Shown here: positions 45,278-54,597 of the stretch, in pieces
Position numbering within the stretch: position 1 is the stretch's first letter
How the letters are laid out: every line of letters begins with the position of its first letter
DNA from: Clostridia bacterium
Lineage (GTDB): Bacteria > Bacillota > Clostridia > Christensenellales > Borkfalkiaceae
Assembly (NCBI GenBank): GCA_017445995.1
Contig: JAFSRT010000013.1
Coordinates: 545-64,544 of the forward strand
Direction: 5' to 3'
DNA length: 64,000 nucleotides
Translations under genes and position numbers: made by a program
The notes under the pieces: model-generated
The model's input: only the letters and a program-made list of their open reading frames with translations
What the model was told of the DNA's origin: nothing
The model's database searches: none

Positions 45278-46474
45278 ATGATTTACGATTGCGCGATAGT
45301 GGGCGGTGGTGCAAGCGGGATACTATGCGCCGTCGAACTCTTATCGGGCGATAATAAACTGAACGGCGACAAAATAGTTATTCTTGAAAAAAACGACAGA
45401 ATAGGCAAGAAACTTATCGCGACCGGAAACGGTCAGGGCAATCTTTCCAACGCTACTCTTTCCCGCGATAATTATCACGGCGATAAGTCTTTTATTGACG
45501 CATTTTTAAGTAAAGAGAAAGAAATCGACACCGAAAAATATTTTTATAATTTAGGAATACCGTTTTTAACCGATAAGGACGGCAAAAAATACCCCGTTTC
45601 AAAACAGGCATCAGCCGTTCTTGATATATTAAAAAATATTTTAGACTATAATAAAGTTTTAATTAAAACGTCTTTTTCGGTAAATAAAATTGAAAAAGAG
45701 AAGGGGCTTTTTGCTGTTTCCGACGGAAAAGAAACAATATTAGCAAAAAAGTTAGTAATCTCTTGCGGCGGCAAATCTTCACCGCACTTCGGAACGGACG
45801 GCAACGGCTATTATCTTCTTACCGCTATAGGGCATAAATTAACCAAACTTTATCCGTCGATAGTTCAGGTTAAAGCCGACTTAAAAGCGATTAAAGGGCT
45901 ATCCGGACTAAAAGAAAAGGCAATAGTATCCGCGATAGTTGACGGGGAAAAAATAAAGGAAAGCAAGGGCGACCTTTTGTTTACCGATTACGGGCTATCG
46001 GGGAACACTATTTTTACTCTTTCGTCGGTTTTAACCGATAAAGAAAACGCGTCGGTTAAAATTGAGTTTTTGCCGGAGTTTAGCGAGATAGAAATAGAAA
46101 AGATAATATCTGACAGATTAAAAAATAACGGATACATACAAAAAGAAGATATTTTATGCGGAATAATCAATAAAAAAATAGGCAAAGCGGTGTTATCGCA
46201 GGTTAAGGACTTTTCGGCGACAAATATCGCGAAAGCACTTAAAAACTTTACCGTAAAGATAACGGGAACTATGGGGTTTAATAACGCGCAGACGACGAAG
46301 GGCGGTATAAATACCGACGACGTTAATCCGTTTACAATGAAAAGCAAACTAATAGACGGCTTATATTTAACGGGCGAAATATTAAACGTCGACGGGGACT
46401 GTGGCGGATATAATCTGACTTTCGCTTTTATTACGGGAATACTTGCTGGTAAAGACGTTAAAAACAATTTATAA
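45278..46474 (+). CDS. NAD(P)/FAD-dependent oxidoreductase, HI0933/BaiN-like flavoprotein
   Basis: It has an N-terminal dinucleotide fold (CAIVGGGASG), the GNGQGNLSN motif and a C-terminal GGYNL. Confidence 0.8.
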   Translation: MIYDCAIVGGGASGILCAVELLSGDNKLNGDKIVILEKNDRIGKKLIATGNGQGNLSNATLSRDNYHGDKSFIDAFLSKEKEIDTEKYFYNLGIPFLTDKDGKKYPVSKQASAVLDILKNILDYNKVLIKTSFSVNKIEKEKGLFAVSDGKETILAKKLVISCGGKSSPHFGTDGNGYYLLTAIGHKLTKLYPSIVQVKADLKAIKGLSGLKEKAIVSAIVDGEKIKESKGDLLFTDYGLSGNTIFTLSSVLTDKENASVKIEFLPEFSEIEIEKIISDRLKNNGYIQKEDILCGIINKKIGKAVLSQVKDFSATNIAKALKNFTVKITGTMGFNNAQTTKGGINTDDVNPFTMKSKLIDGLYLTGEILNVDGDCGGYNLTFAFITGILAGKDVKNNL

Positions 46475-46502
46475 TATAGAGAATAAAAACAGGGAGAATA
46501 GT

Positions 46503-47921
46503 ATGAAATTCAAACAGTTTTCAACGGAAACGTTAAAAAAATTAAGTTTATCGGTGTTAAGGGAAATCGGCAGAGAAATCGGTGTAAAAACGCCGGCAGG
46601 CAAAAATAAGGACGACTTGATATCGGATATAATCGATATTCAAAGGGGCGTTTTGTCCCCAGAACCACCGTCTACCCGCGGTGCGCCGCCGAAGTTTAAG
46701 ATAGACCTTTCGGAGTTCTTGCTTGAAACCGAAAAGAAAGACAACTTATATACCCGCGAAGAAGAAAAGAATATTAAAGTCAGCGACAATAACGACGACG
46801 GCACGCAAACCGTTGAAGGCGTTTTAGAACAGCATCAGTCGGGTTTCGGATTTTTAAGAACCAATAATTACGAAAACTCGAAAGACGACGTTTACGTTTC
46901 TATACAGAATATAAAGAAGTTCAATTTAAGGCGCGGAGATAAAGTTAAAGCGATAGCAAAAGAAGTAAGGGAAGGCAATTCGATAGCGCTTATCGACGTT
47001 ATTTCGATAAACGACCTTGACCCGAAACTCTTTTTAAAACGCACTAATTTCGATAATCTTACCCCGTATTATCCGACGGATAGAATAAAACTCGAAGTGG
47101 CGGGCGAACAGAACGACGTTGCACTTCGCTTTATCGATCTGTTCTCGCCGATAGGCATGGGACAAAGGGGGCTTATCGTTGCACCGCCGAAAACGGGCAA
47201 AACTACCCTTCTTAAAAAAATCGCGCAGAGTATAGAAAAAAATTATAAGGACGTTAAACTCATTATTCTTTTAATCGACGAAAGACCTGAAGAAGTAACA
47301 GACATTAAACGTTGCGTTAAAGGCGAAGTGGTTTTTTCTACCTTCGACGAAGGCGCTGACCATCATATAAGGGCGTCGGAACTCGTAATTAACCGCGCTA
47401 AAAGGCTTGTCGAAGTGGGGCAGAACGTCGTAATCTTAATGGATTCGATAACGCGACTTGCAAGGGCTTATAACAGCGTTTGCGAATCTTCGGGGAAGAC
47501 TTTATCGGGCGGATTAGATCCGACGGCGCTTGCCGGACCGAAAAGATTTTTCGGGTCGGCGAGAAATATCGAAGACGGCGGTAGTTTAACCATACTTTCG
47601 ACTGCGCTTATCGATACGGGTAGCCGTATGGACGACGTTATTTACGAAGAGTTTAAAGGAACGGGCAATATGGAAATACATTTATCGCGCGAATTATCTG
47701 AAAAGCGCGTATTTCCTGCAATCGATATAAATAAATCGGGAACGAGAAAAGAAGAACTTTTACTTACCGAAAAAGAACTCAAAGTCGAATATCAGTTAAG
47801 AAAGATATTAAACGACAGGGTGGACGCTACCGACAGTTTAATAGAAATGCTTGAAAAGACCAAAGATAACGAAGATTTATCGAATAAACTCGACACGTGG
47901 ATAAAACTTTATAATAAATAA
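46503..47921 (+). CDS. rho: Transcription termination factor Rho
   Basis: I chose the start at ATG 46503 with a GGGAGA RBS. It has an N-terminal Rho_N helix bundle, the RNA-binding core GFGFLR, Walker [12 protein letters not shown], and the Q/R-loop region. Confidence 0.92.
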   Translation: MKFKQFSTETLKKLSLSVLREIGREIGVKTPAGKNKDDLISDIIDIQRGVLSPEPPSTRGAPPKFKIDLSEFLLETEKKDNLYTREEEKNIKVSDNNDDGTQTVEGVLEQHQSGFGFLRTNNYENSKDDVYVSIQNIKKFNLRRGDKVKAIAKEVREGNSIALIDVISINDLDPKLFLKRTNFDNLTPYYPTDRIKLEVAGEQNDVALRFIDLFSPIGMGQRGLIVAPPKTGKTTLLKKIAQSIEKNYKDVKLIILLIDERPEEVTDIKRCVKGEVVFSTFDEGADHHIRASELVINRAKRLVEVGQNVVILMDSITRLARAYNSVCESSGKTLSGGLDPTALAGPKRFFGSARNIEDGGSLTILSTALIDTGSRMDDVIYEEFKGTGNMEIHLSRELSEKRVFPAIDINKSGTRKEELLLTEKELKVEYQLRKILNDRVDATDSLIEMLEKTKDNEDLSNKLDTWIKLYNK

Positions 47922-47923
47922 TT

Positions 47924-48838
47924 ATGAAATCGGCAAGAAACAAAACGATAGACTTTTCGATTACCGACGGAAAGGAATATTTAAATAACTGCGTTAAAGA
48001 AAGCGAAGTCGACTCTATTCCTTTAAATAAAATCGTTATCGGGAATACTTTTTTAGCAATAGAAAAGATAAAAGATAAATCGGTGGACCTTTTAATCGTT
48101 GATCCGCCGTATAATCTCGATAAATCTTTTCACGGCAATAATTTCCGTAAAACCGACGAAAAGGCGTACACCGAATACACCGAAAGTTATTTAAACGCGG
48201 TTAAACCCAAATTAAAGGACACGGCGAGTATCTACGTTTGTTGCGACTATAAAAGCGGGATTATAATAGGTAAGGTAATTTCCGATAACTTTATTTTACG
48301 GAACAGAATAACGTGGGAACGGGAAAAAGGCAGGGGCGCGAAAGCCAACTGGAAAAACAGTATGGAAGACGTGTATTTTGCAACCGTCGGCGAAAAATAT
48401 ACTTTTAATCTTAACGCTGTTAAATTAAAGAGAAGAGTAATCGCACCATATAAGCAAAACGGAGTGCCGAAAGACTGGGAAGAAACGGAAAACGGCAAGT
48501 TCCGGCTTACCTGTCCGTCGAACTTTTGGAACGATATTTCAGTGCCTTACTGGTCAATGGCGGAAAACACCGCCCACCCGACGCAAAAGCCCGAGAAACT
48601 GATTGCAAAACTTATTCTTGCAAGTTCAAACGAAGGCGACCTGATTTTAGATCCTTTCAGCGGAAGCGGAACGACGGGGGTAGTCGCTAAAAAACTCGGC
48701 AGAAACTTTATCTGTATCGAACAAAATCCGCTTTATTGCGCTTGGGCGGAAAAGCGTTTAACTCTTGCCGAAACCGATAAAACTATTCAAGGCTATAACG
48801 GTAAAGAGTTTTTGGAAAGAAACGCGCTTAATAAATAA
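47924..48838 (+). CDS. Site-specific DNA methyltransferase, beta-class N6-adenine/N4-cytosine (PF01555-like), orphan
   Basis: The motif order is IV then I: LLIVDPPYNL, then HPTQKPEKL, then DPFSGSGTTGVVA. It starts 2 nt after the rho stop. No nuclease gene is adjacent. Confidence 0.85.
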   Translation: MKSARNKTIDFSITDGKEYLNNCVKESEVDSIPLNKIVIGNTFLAIEKIKDKSVDLLIVDPPYNLDKSFHGNNFRKTDEKAYTEYTESYLNAVKPKLKDTASIYVCCDYKSGIIIGKVISDNFILRNRITWEREKGRGAKANWKNSMEDVYFATVGEKYTFNLNAVKLKRRVIAPYKQNGVPKDWEETENGKFRLTCPSNFWNDISVPYWSMAENTAHPTQKPEKLIAKLILASSNEGDLILDPFSGSGTTGVVAKKLGRNFICIEQNPLYCAWAEKRLTLAETDKTIQGYNGKEFLERNALNK

Positions 48839-48865
48839 AAATAAACAATATAAAAGTAAAAAAAG

Positions 48866-48899
48866 GGCTGTCCGTTATGCGGGCAGTTCTTCTCTTTTA
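48866..48899 (+). terminator. Possible terminator for the rho-methyltransferase unit, embedded in the 3' end of convergent spoIIE
   Basis: Hairpin ctgtccg / cgggcag (one G-U pair) followed by a T-rich stretch. Confidence 0.4.
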
Positions 48900-51157
48900 A
48901 AAAGCCTGACGCAAAGCGCGGTCATATCGTCTTTTTTAACGCCTTTTGAAATTGTTATCGCCCTTTCAATAATATTATCGGCAAGAGTTTGCGGATTAAG
49001 GGCGGGTTGGGTCTTTAAAAAGTCAATAAGGTCGGCGTTTGAGCCAAAGGCTTCGCTCACTCCGTCAGATAATAAAACGACTATATCGCCGTCGTAAAGA
49101 TTACTCGAACAAACCGACGGGTTTATTTCGCTTAAAATACCGAGTGGCAAGGTGTTACCTTCGATAATTTTAATGCCGTCTTCCCCTAAAATAAAACCGT
49201 AAGGCGACCCGTATTTTATAAAATCTGCCGATAAAGTCCGTAAATCGATAACTACTATATCGAGTGCCGTAAAAGTATCTTCGGTGTTAAATGATAAAAG
49301 TTTATTTACGGTGTTTAATATTACTTCGCTGTCTATCCCCGCCTTATAAAAACTCTCGATAAGGGACAAAGACACGGAAGATATTTTGTTTGCGTAATCA
49401 CCGCTACCCATACCGTCGGATAATGCGACTAAAAACTTATCTTCTTTAATACGAAGTACGGAGTGAGTATCGCCCGAAATATCGGAGCAGTCCTTTTTAA
49501 GAGACGAAATTCCGAAAACAGCGTCGAAGGTGGGGGTCTTTCTGAAAGATAAGTAAACTTTATTTTCCGTAATATTATTTTTCTCTGTCAAAGATAAATC
49601 GAGATTTAAGGTCTTTTTAATAGTCGATAATAAATGTTTAAGATTAAACTTAACGTCGTCTAAAATAAGAGTTAAAACAACGTTATCACCTTCGCCGTAT
49701 ATAAGAAGTTCGCTGACGGGAAAACCGTTTTTTAATAGATTTTTAGATAAAACCCGTTCGGCTTTGTTCTGAAATTTCAGCATCGTTCCCGTTTCGAGTG
49801 CAAGAGATTTTATAATTTTAGAAACGCCTTCCGCTTCGTCTTTAAGAAGTTTTCTGTCTTTTTCGATATTCTCGTTGTTTTTAAGGTAAAAGGTATATTC
49901 GTTTATCATTTTATTTGCCATAAACAAAACGTCGTTCGGTTTAATGCAGTTCTCGCAAAGGCTTTTCGGAAAATCAATCAGCGATATTTTTCCTTTTGAC
50001 AGCCCGATTTCAACGAGTTTTTCCTTACCGCTTTTTATTCGTTCGTTTTCGCACCTTTCACGGTTATTACAACTTTCACAGACGGTCGCGTTTATTTTAC
50101 GTAATACAACGCTATGCGTTTTATCGGCGGACATACCGTTTTTAATAAGCGTTCCGAACGCGTTTCCTATATCGCTGAATATATCAGATATTTCGTAAAG
50201 TCTGTTAGATATAAATAGTCTGTTTCTGTTTATCGATTGCCTTGACAACTGTTTTTCACGAAAGGAATATAATTTTTCTTTAAGGGCGGACAGAAAGGAC
50301 GGCGGTATAAGTAAGAACAATATGCACCCTGAAAGCGTTGCGATAAACTCGCCCCAAAAATACGCGGGGTAGACTTGTAAATATACGCCGATAAACAGGT
50401 CGACCACAACTATTCCGAACGCCGAAAGATAAATAGAAATACAGTTAAAAAGGGAAACGACGATGCCGAACAGTAAAAAAACAGAAATATATTCTATATT
50501 GCCGTAATAGATAAACAGGGTTATTCCAAGGCAGGAAGAGATAAGCGACGAATAGCCTACTTTATAAATAAATCCTACTAAAAGTATCAAGACTATTGCA
50601 ATCGATTTATAAATAAGCGGAGAAGTAAGGTTAGAAAGACCCACCCCGAACACGATTATAACGCTACCCAAAATTGCAAATTCGCCCGACGCAAGTTTAT
50701 ATTTAAGCCCTTTTTTCTCGGCGATATTAAAAGCAAATAAAAACAGGTATTCAAGTAAAACGGTAATACCGACCGAGATAAGCCTTGTCTCGTAAGGAAA
50801 AAAGATAGCGGTGTTAAATATAATTAAAAACAGCGCGAAAGATAAAACCGAGTATGGAACGATTTTAAAATCGCACTTTACTTTCGATTTTTTATAGATA
50901 AAAATAATAACCGAAATAAAAAGCACGGAAAATCCGCTTGACAATAAATAATTAACGCCTGACAGAAAAAGAACCGACGATAGGAATAAAAGTGCGGAAA
51001 CCAAAATTGAAAAGTTAAAGTTTATCGCGACGGTAAATAGCGCTATTCCGTAAGGAAAGTCGATTTTACCGAGTTTATTTAAAAATAAAAATCCGAAACT
51101 TAAAAAAAGGTATTTAATAACGTTATCGTAATCGAAATATATTTTCAGTTTTTTCAT
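48875..51157 (-). CDS. spoIIE: Stage II sporulation protein E (membrane PP2C phosphatase)
   Basis: I chose the start at ATG 51157 with a GGGGGA RBS. It has about 10 N-terminal TM segments, a central regulatory region, and a C-terminal PP2C domain (ISGDTH, ALSDGMGSG, LLSDGV). Confidence 0.88.
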   Translation of the reverse strand: MKKLKIYFDYDNVIKYLFLSFGFLFLNKLGKIDFPYGIALFTVAINFNFSILVSALLFLSSVLFLSGVNYLLSSGFSVLFISVIIFIYKKSKVKCDFKIVPYSVLSFALFLIIFNTAIFFPYETRLISVGITVLLEYLFLFAFNIAEKKGLKYKLASGEFAILGSVIIVFGVGLSNLTSPLIYKSIAIVLILLVGFIYKVGYSSLISSCLGITLFIYYGNIEYISVFLLFGIVVSLFNCISIYLSAFGIVVVDLFIGVYLQVYPAYFWGEFIATLSGCILFLLIPPSFLSALKEKLYSFREKQLSRQSINRNRLFISNRLYEISDIFSDIGNAFGTLIKNGMSADKTHSVVLRKINATVCESCNNRERCENERIKSGKEKLVEIGLSKGKISLIDFPKSLCENCIKPNDVLFMANKMINEYTFYLKNNENIEKDRKLLKDEAEGVSKIIKSLALETGTMLKFQNKAERVLSKNLLKNGFPVSELLIYGEGDNVVLTLILDDVKFNLKHLLSTIKKTLNLDLSLTEKNNITENKVYLSFRKTPTFDAVFGISSLKKDCSDISGDTHSVLRIKEDKFLVALSDGMGSGDYANKISSVSLSLIESFYKAGIDSEVILNTVNKLLSFNTEDTFTALDIVVIDLRTLSADFIKYGSPYGFILGEDGIKIIEGNTLPLGILSEINPSVCSSNLYDGDIVVLLSDGVSEAFGSNADLIDFLKTQPALNPQTLADNIIERAITISKGVKKDDMTALCVRLFKREELPA

Positions 51158-51178
51158 ATTTCCCCCAAAATTTTTTAT

Positions 51179-51206
51179 ATTATATACCAAAAATAATCGC
51201 CTTCAA
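51179..51206 (-). promoter_or_regulatory. Sigma-A type promoter candidate for spoIIE
   Basis: Minus strand reads TTGAAG, a 16-nt spacer, then TATAAT. I saw no clear Spo0A box (TGTCGAA). Confidence 0.35.
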
Positions 51207-51288
51207 TGTGAGATTTTGGCAAAAAAGGGCAAAAAATAAGGTTTAGAAAAAATAATATAATATATAAAAAAAAGTTTTGCAAAAACAT

Positions 51289-51317
51289 TTGAAAATAATG
51301 CCTGTTTATAGTAAAAT
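51289..51317 (+). promoter_or_regulatory. Sigma-A promoter for ddh
   Basis: TTGAAA, a 17-nt spacer, then TAAAAT. Confidence 0.55.
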
Positions 51318-51347
51318 ATAGTAAAAGAAAATAAAGGAAGAAAAATT

Positions 51348-52322
51348 ATGATAAACGTTGGAATAGTCGGATACGGAAACTTGGGAAAAGGCGTTCATAT
51401 CGCCGTTAATAAGGCAAAAGATATGAATCTTGTCGGCATATTCACAAGAAGAAATAAAAACGACGTGAAGCCGATATATGATTGCGCCGTTTATGGAATA
51501 GACGAATTAAAAGAGTTTAAGGGAAAAATAGACGTTTTGCTTGTCTGTGGCGGTAGTGCGACGGACTTGCCGAATATGACGGCTGACCTTCTTAAAGATT
51601 TTAACACCGTCGATTCTTTCGACACTCACGCTAAAATCCCGGAATATTTTGCAAAATTAGATAAAGTGGCAAAGGAAAATAAAACTTTATCTGCAATCAG
51701 TATCGGGTGGGATCCGGGTATGTTTTCCCTTGCGAGAATGCTGTTCGGCGCGGTTTTACCGGACGGCAACGATTACACTTTTTGGGGTAAAGGCGTTTCG
51801 CAAGGTCATTCCGACGCGATAAGAAGAATTAAAGGCGTTAAAAACGCTATTCAGTACACAATACCCCGTGAAGACGCGTTAGAAAAAGTCAGAAAGGGGC
51901 TTAACCCCGTTTTAACGACGAGAGAAAAGCATTTAAGGGAGTGTTTTGTCGTGGCGGAAGACGGTGCGGATAAATCGCTTATCGAAGAACAGATAAAAAA
52001 CATGCCGAACTATTTTGCCGATTACGATACAACGGTGCATTTTATAACCGAAGAAGAATTGAAAAAGGAACACTCTAAACTTTCTCACGGCGGTTTCGTT
52101 TTGCGTTCGGGCAAAACTTCGGAAGAAAACTCGCATATTCTCGAACTTTCGTTAAAATTAGATTCTAACCCGCAGTTCACGGGTAGCGTTCTTCTTTCTT
52201 ACGCAAGGGCTGTTTATAAACTTTCCAAAGAAGGAAAGGTTGGCGCAATAACCGTTTTTGATATTCCGTTATCGTATCTTTCCGATAAAACGGGCGAAGA
52301 ATTAAGGAGTTCTTTACTGTAA
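51348..52322 (+). CDS. ddh: meso-Diaminopimelate D-dehydrogenase
   Basis: 324 aa. VGIVGYGNLGKGV, GWDPGMFS and GVSQGHSDAIRRI closely match Corynebacterium Ddh as I recall it. Confidence 0.88.
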   Translation: MINVGIVGYGNLGKGVHIAVNKAKDMNLVGIFTRRNKNDVKPIYDCAVYGIDELKEFKGKIDVLLVCGGSATDLPNMTADLLKDFNTVDSFDTHAKIPEYFAKLDKVAKENKTLSAISIGWDPGMFSLARMLFGAVLPDGNDYTFWGKGVSQGHSDAIRRIKGVKNAIQYTIPREDALEKVRKGLNPVLTTREKHLRECFVVAEDGADKSLIEEQIKNMPNYFADYDTTVHFITEEELKKEHSKLSHGGFVLRSGKTSEENSHILELSLKLDSNPQFTGSVLLSYARAVYKLSKEGKVGAITVFDIPLSYLSDKTGEELRSSLL

Positions 52323-52323
52323 T

Positions 52324-53478
52324 ATGCCGAATAAAAATTATTCAAACAAAACGAATAGCAAAATAAAAAATACGGCGAAAAAAACGGTCAAAAAAGTCGT
52401 TAAAAAATCGCCCGTTTTAGCAATAGTTTTAGCGATAATTCTAATAGCGGTCATAATCGGCGGATATTTCGTTTACGTAAACTATATTAAAAAGCAAGAC
52501 GAACCGACTGCCGTCAGCGGTGAACTTTCCTTTCACTTTATGTCGCTTGGCAACAAGTATAACGGCGACTGTATCTACGTAAAAGCGGGCGACAACGATA
52601 TTTTAATCGACGGCGGAAGCCGTGCAAGTAGTCTTCCGACAGTCAAGCAGTATTTGTCCGAATATATGGGCGAAGATAAAACGATAGAATATTTAATTGT
52701 AACTCACGCCGACGAAGACCATATAGCGATGCTCGGCGCGGAAAACGGCATATTAGACTATTACGAGTGTAAAACTATAATCGATTTTGCAATTTCAAAT
52801 AAAACGACGCAAGTATACAATAGGTATCTTGCAAAACGCGATATCGAAGTAGAAAACGGCGCGCAACACTTTACCGCCCTTCAATGCGTAAATAACGAAG
52901 GGGACGCAAAAAAAGTTTATCAATTAACCGATAGCGTAAAAATGGAGATACTGAATAACTATTATTATTCTAATTCTTCAACTGACGAGAACAATTATTC
53001 GGTATGCACGCTCTTTACCCACGGCGACAGGAACTTTTTATTTACGGGCGACCTTGAAAAGGACGGCGAACAAAAACTCGTTGAATTAAATAATCTACCG
53101 CAAGTCGAACTCTTTAAGGCGGGGCATCATGGTTCTAAAACGTCATCGAACGAAGTTTTACTTTCCGTTATAAAGCCTAAAATATGCGTGGTATCTTGCA
53201 CGACGGGGACAAACGAGTACACCGACAATATCAAAAATCAGTTCCCGACGCAGGACTTTATAAACAGAATAAGTAAGTATACCGATAAAGTGTACGTTAC
53301 AAGCGTCGGTAAAGACGATATAATGGAAAATAAAGACGAACTTTTTAGTATGAACGGCGACGTCGTGGTAATTTCCGCTGAAAACGAAGTTAAAGTTTCC
53401 TGTTCGGAAAGCGATACTCTCTTAAAAGATACCGCATGGTTTAAAGAGTACCGCGATACGCCGATTTACTGGCAATAA
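52324..53478 (+). CDS. Membrane-anchored MBL-fold metallo-hydrolase (ComEC C-terminal domain-like)
   Basis: It has a basic N-terminus plus one TM (VLAIVLAIILIAVIIGGYFVY), then the metallo-beta-lactamase motifs VTHADEDHI and AGHHGS. Confidence 0.75.
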   Translation: MPNKNYSNKTNSKIKNTAKKTVKKVVKKSPVLAIVLAIILIAVIIGGYFVYVNYIKKQDEPTAVSGELSFHFMSLGNKYNGDCIYVKAGDNDILIDGGSRASSLPTVKQYLSEYMGEDKTIEYLIVTHADEDHIAMLGAENGILDYYECKTIIDFAISNKTTQVYNRYLAKRDIEVENGAQHFTALQCVNNEGDAKKVYQLTDSVKMEILNNYYYSNSSTDENNYSVCTLFTHGDRNFLFTGDLEKDGEQKLVELNNLPQVELFKAGHHGSKTSSNEVLLSVIKPKICVVSCTTGTNEYTDNIKNQFPTQDFINRISKYTDKVYVTSVGKDDIMENKDELFSMNGDVVVISAENEVKVSCSESDTLLKDTAWFKEYRDTPIYWQ

Positions 53479-53984
53479 TGATGCAAGGTTGGTTTAATGG
53501 GTTTTCTCCCGTTATCGATAAAAACTCGAAAGTCTTAATTCTCGGCACTTTTCCGTCGGTAAAGTCCCGCGATATCGCCTTTTATTACGGACACCCGTAT
53601 AACAGGTTCTGGAAGGTCGTTATAAACGAATATTTTAATAAAGACGTTTATTCTATGTCCGTTAAAGATAAGATAGACTTTCTGCTGAAAAATAAAATCG
53701 CGCTTTACGACGTTTACGCAAAAAGTTGTATTTCGGGTTCAATGGACAGTAAACTGAACGAAAAAACGGCGACGCTTAACGATATATCGGGGCTACTTAA
53801 ATCTTATCCTAACGTAAAGTCGATTATATGTGCGGGTACAAAAGCCTATTCGGTGTTTATTAAAAACTTTCCCGAATATAAAGAAATCGCTATATATTGT
53901 CCGTCGACAAGCCCTATAAACACGGTGCATTTTGATAAAACCGCGTGGTTTCACGCTTTCGATAAAATACTTAAAACTGAATAA
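53478..53984 (+). CDS. DNA-deoxyinosine (hypoxanthine) glycosylase, UDG superfamily family-6-like
   Basis: 168 aa. VLILGTFPS and YYGHPYNRFW are as I recall for the TIGR04274 family. Its start overlaps the upstream stop (TAATG). Confidence 0.6.
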   Translation: MMQGWFNGFSPVIDKNSKVLILGTFPSVKSRDIAFYYGHPYNRFWKVVINEYFNKDVYSMSVKDKIDFLLKNKIALYDVYAKSCISGSMDSKLNEKTATLNDISGLLKSYPNVKSIICAGTKAYSVFIKNFPEYKEIAIYCPSTSPINTVHFDKTAWFHAFDKILKTE

Positions 53985-54007
53985 TTAAAAACAATCTTCT
54001 CATACTA
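53978..54007 (+). promoter_or_regulatory. Sigma-G type forespore promoter for spoVT
   Basis: TGAATA (53978-53983), a 17-nt spacer, then CATACTA (54001-54007). This matches the classical B. subtilis sigma-G pattern, and spoVT is sigma-G dependent there. Confidence 0.6.
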
Positions 54008-54028
54008 ACCGTATAAGGAGATTTTTTT

Positions 54029-54571
54029 ATGCGCGATACGGGTATGGTAAGAAGAATAGACGAATTAGGCAGGGTGGTTATTCCGAAAGAAATAAGACGA
54101 ACTTTAAGAATAAAGGAAGGCGACCCGCTTGAAATATACACCGATAAGGACGAACTCGTTTTTAAAAAGTTTTCGCCGTTAGAACCTTACGGGGTAATGG
54201 CGGAAAACGTTGCGAACAGTATTTATCAGATAACGGAAAAACCGTGCATTATAACGGATACCGATAACGTAATATGCGTTTCGGGGAACAGTAAAGATAT
54301 CGTAGGCAAGTCAATTTCGAACGACGTCGAAAGCCTTATTAAAGAAAGAGAAAGTATAATAATAAACCGTGAAGACGGCGGGAAAACGTTTCCGATTTTT
54401 AAAGGCGAAGAAGTTAAAACGGAAAATATGATGGTCGTGCCTATTATATCCAACGGCGACTGTTTCGGTTCGGTTGCAATCGTGTCCAACGAGAAATCAA
54501 GTAAAATAAAACCCGAAGAAATAAAGGTCGTTCAACTCGGCGCAATGCTACTTTCTAATCAGTTTGACTAA
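54029..54571 (+). CDS. spoVT: Stage V sporulation protein T (AbrB-family regulator with a GAF-like C-terminal domain)
   Basis: MRDTGMVRRIDELGRVVIPKEIRRTLRIKEGDPLEIY aligns with B. subtilis SpoVT MKATGIVRRIDDLGRVVIPKEIRRTLRIREGDPLEIF. Length is 180 aa. Confidence 0.92.
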   Translation: MRDTGMVRRIDELGRVVIPKEIRRTLRIKEGDPLEIYTDKDELVFKKFSPLEPYGVMAENVANSIYQITEKPCIITDTDNVICVSGNSKDIVGKSISNDVESLIKERESIIINREDGGKTFPIFKGEEVKTENMMVVPIISNGDCFGSVAIVSNEKSSKIKPEEIKVVQLGAMLLSNQFD

Positions 54572-54597
54572 TCTTTTCGGCGTTTGCCGATACATAT

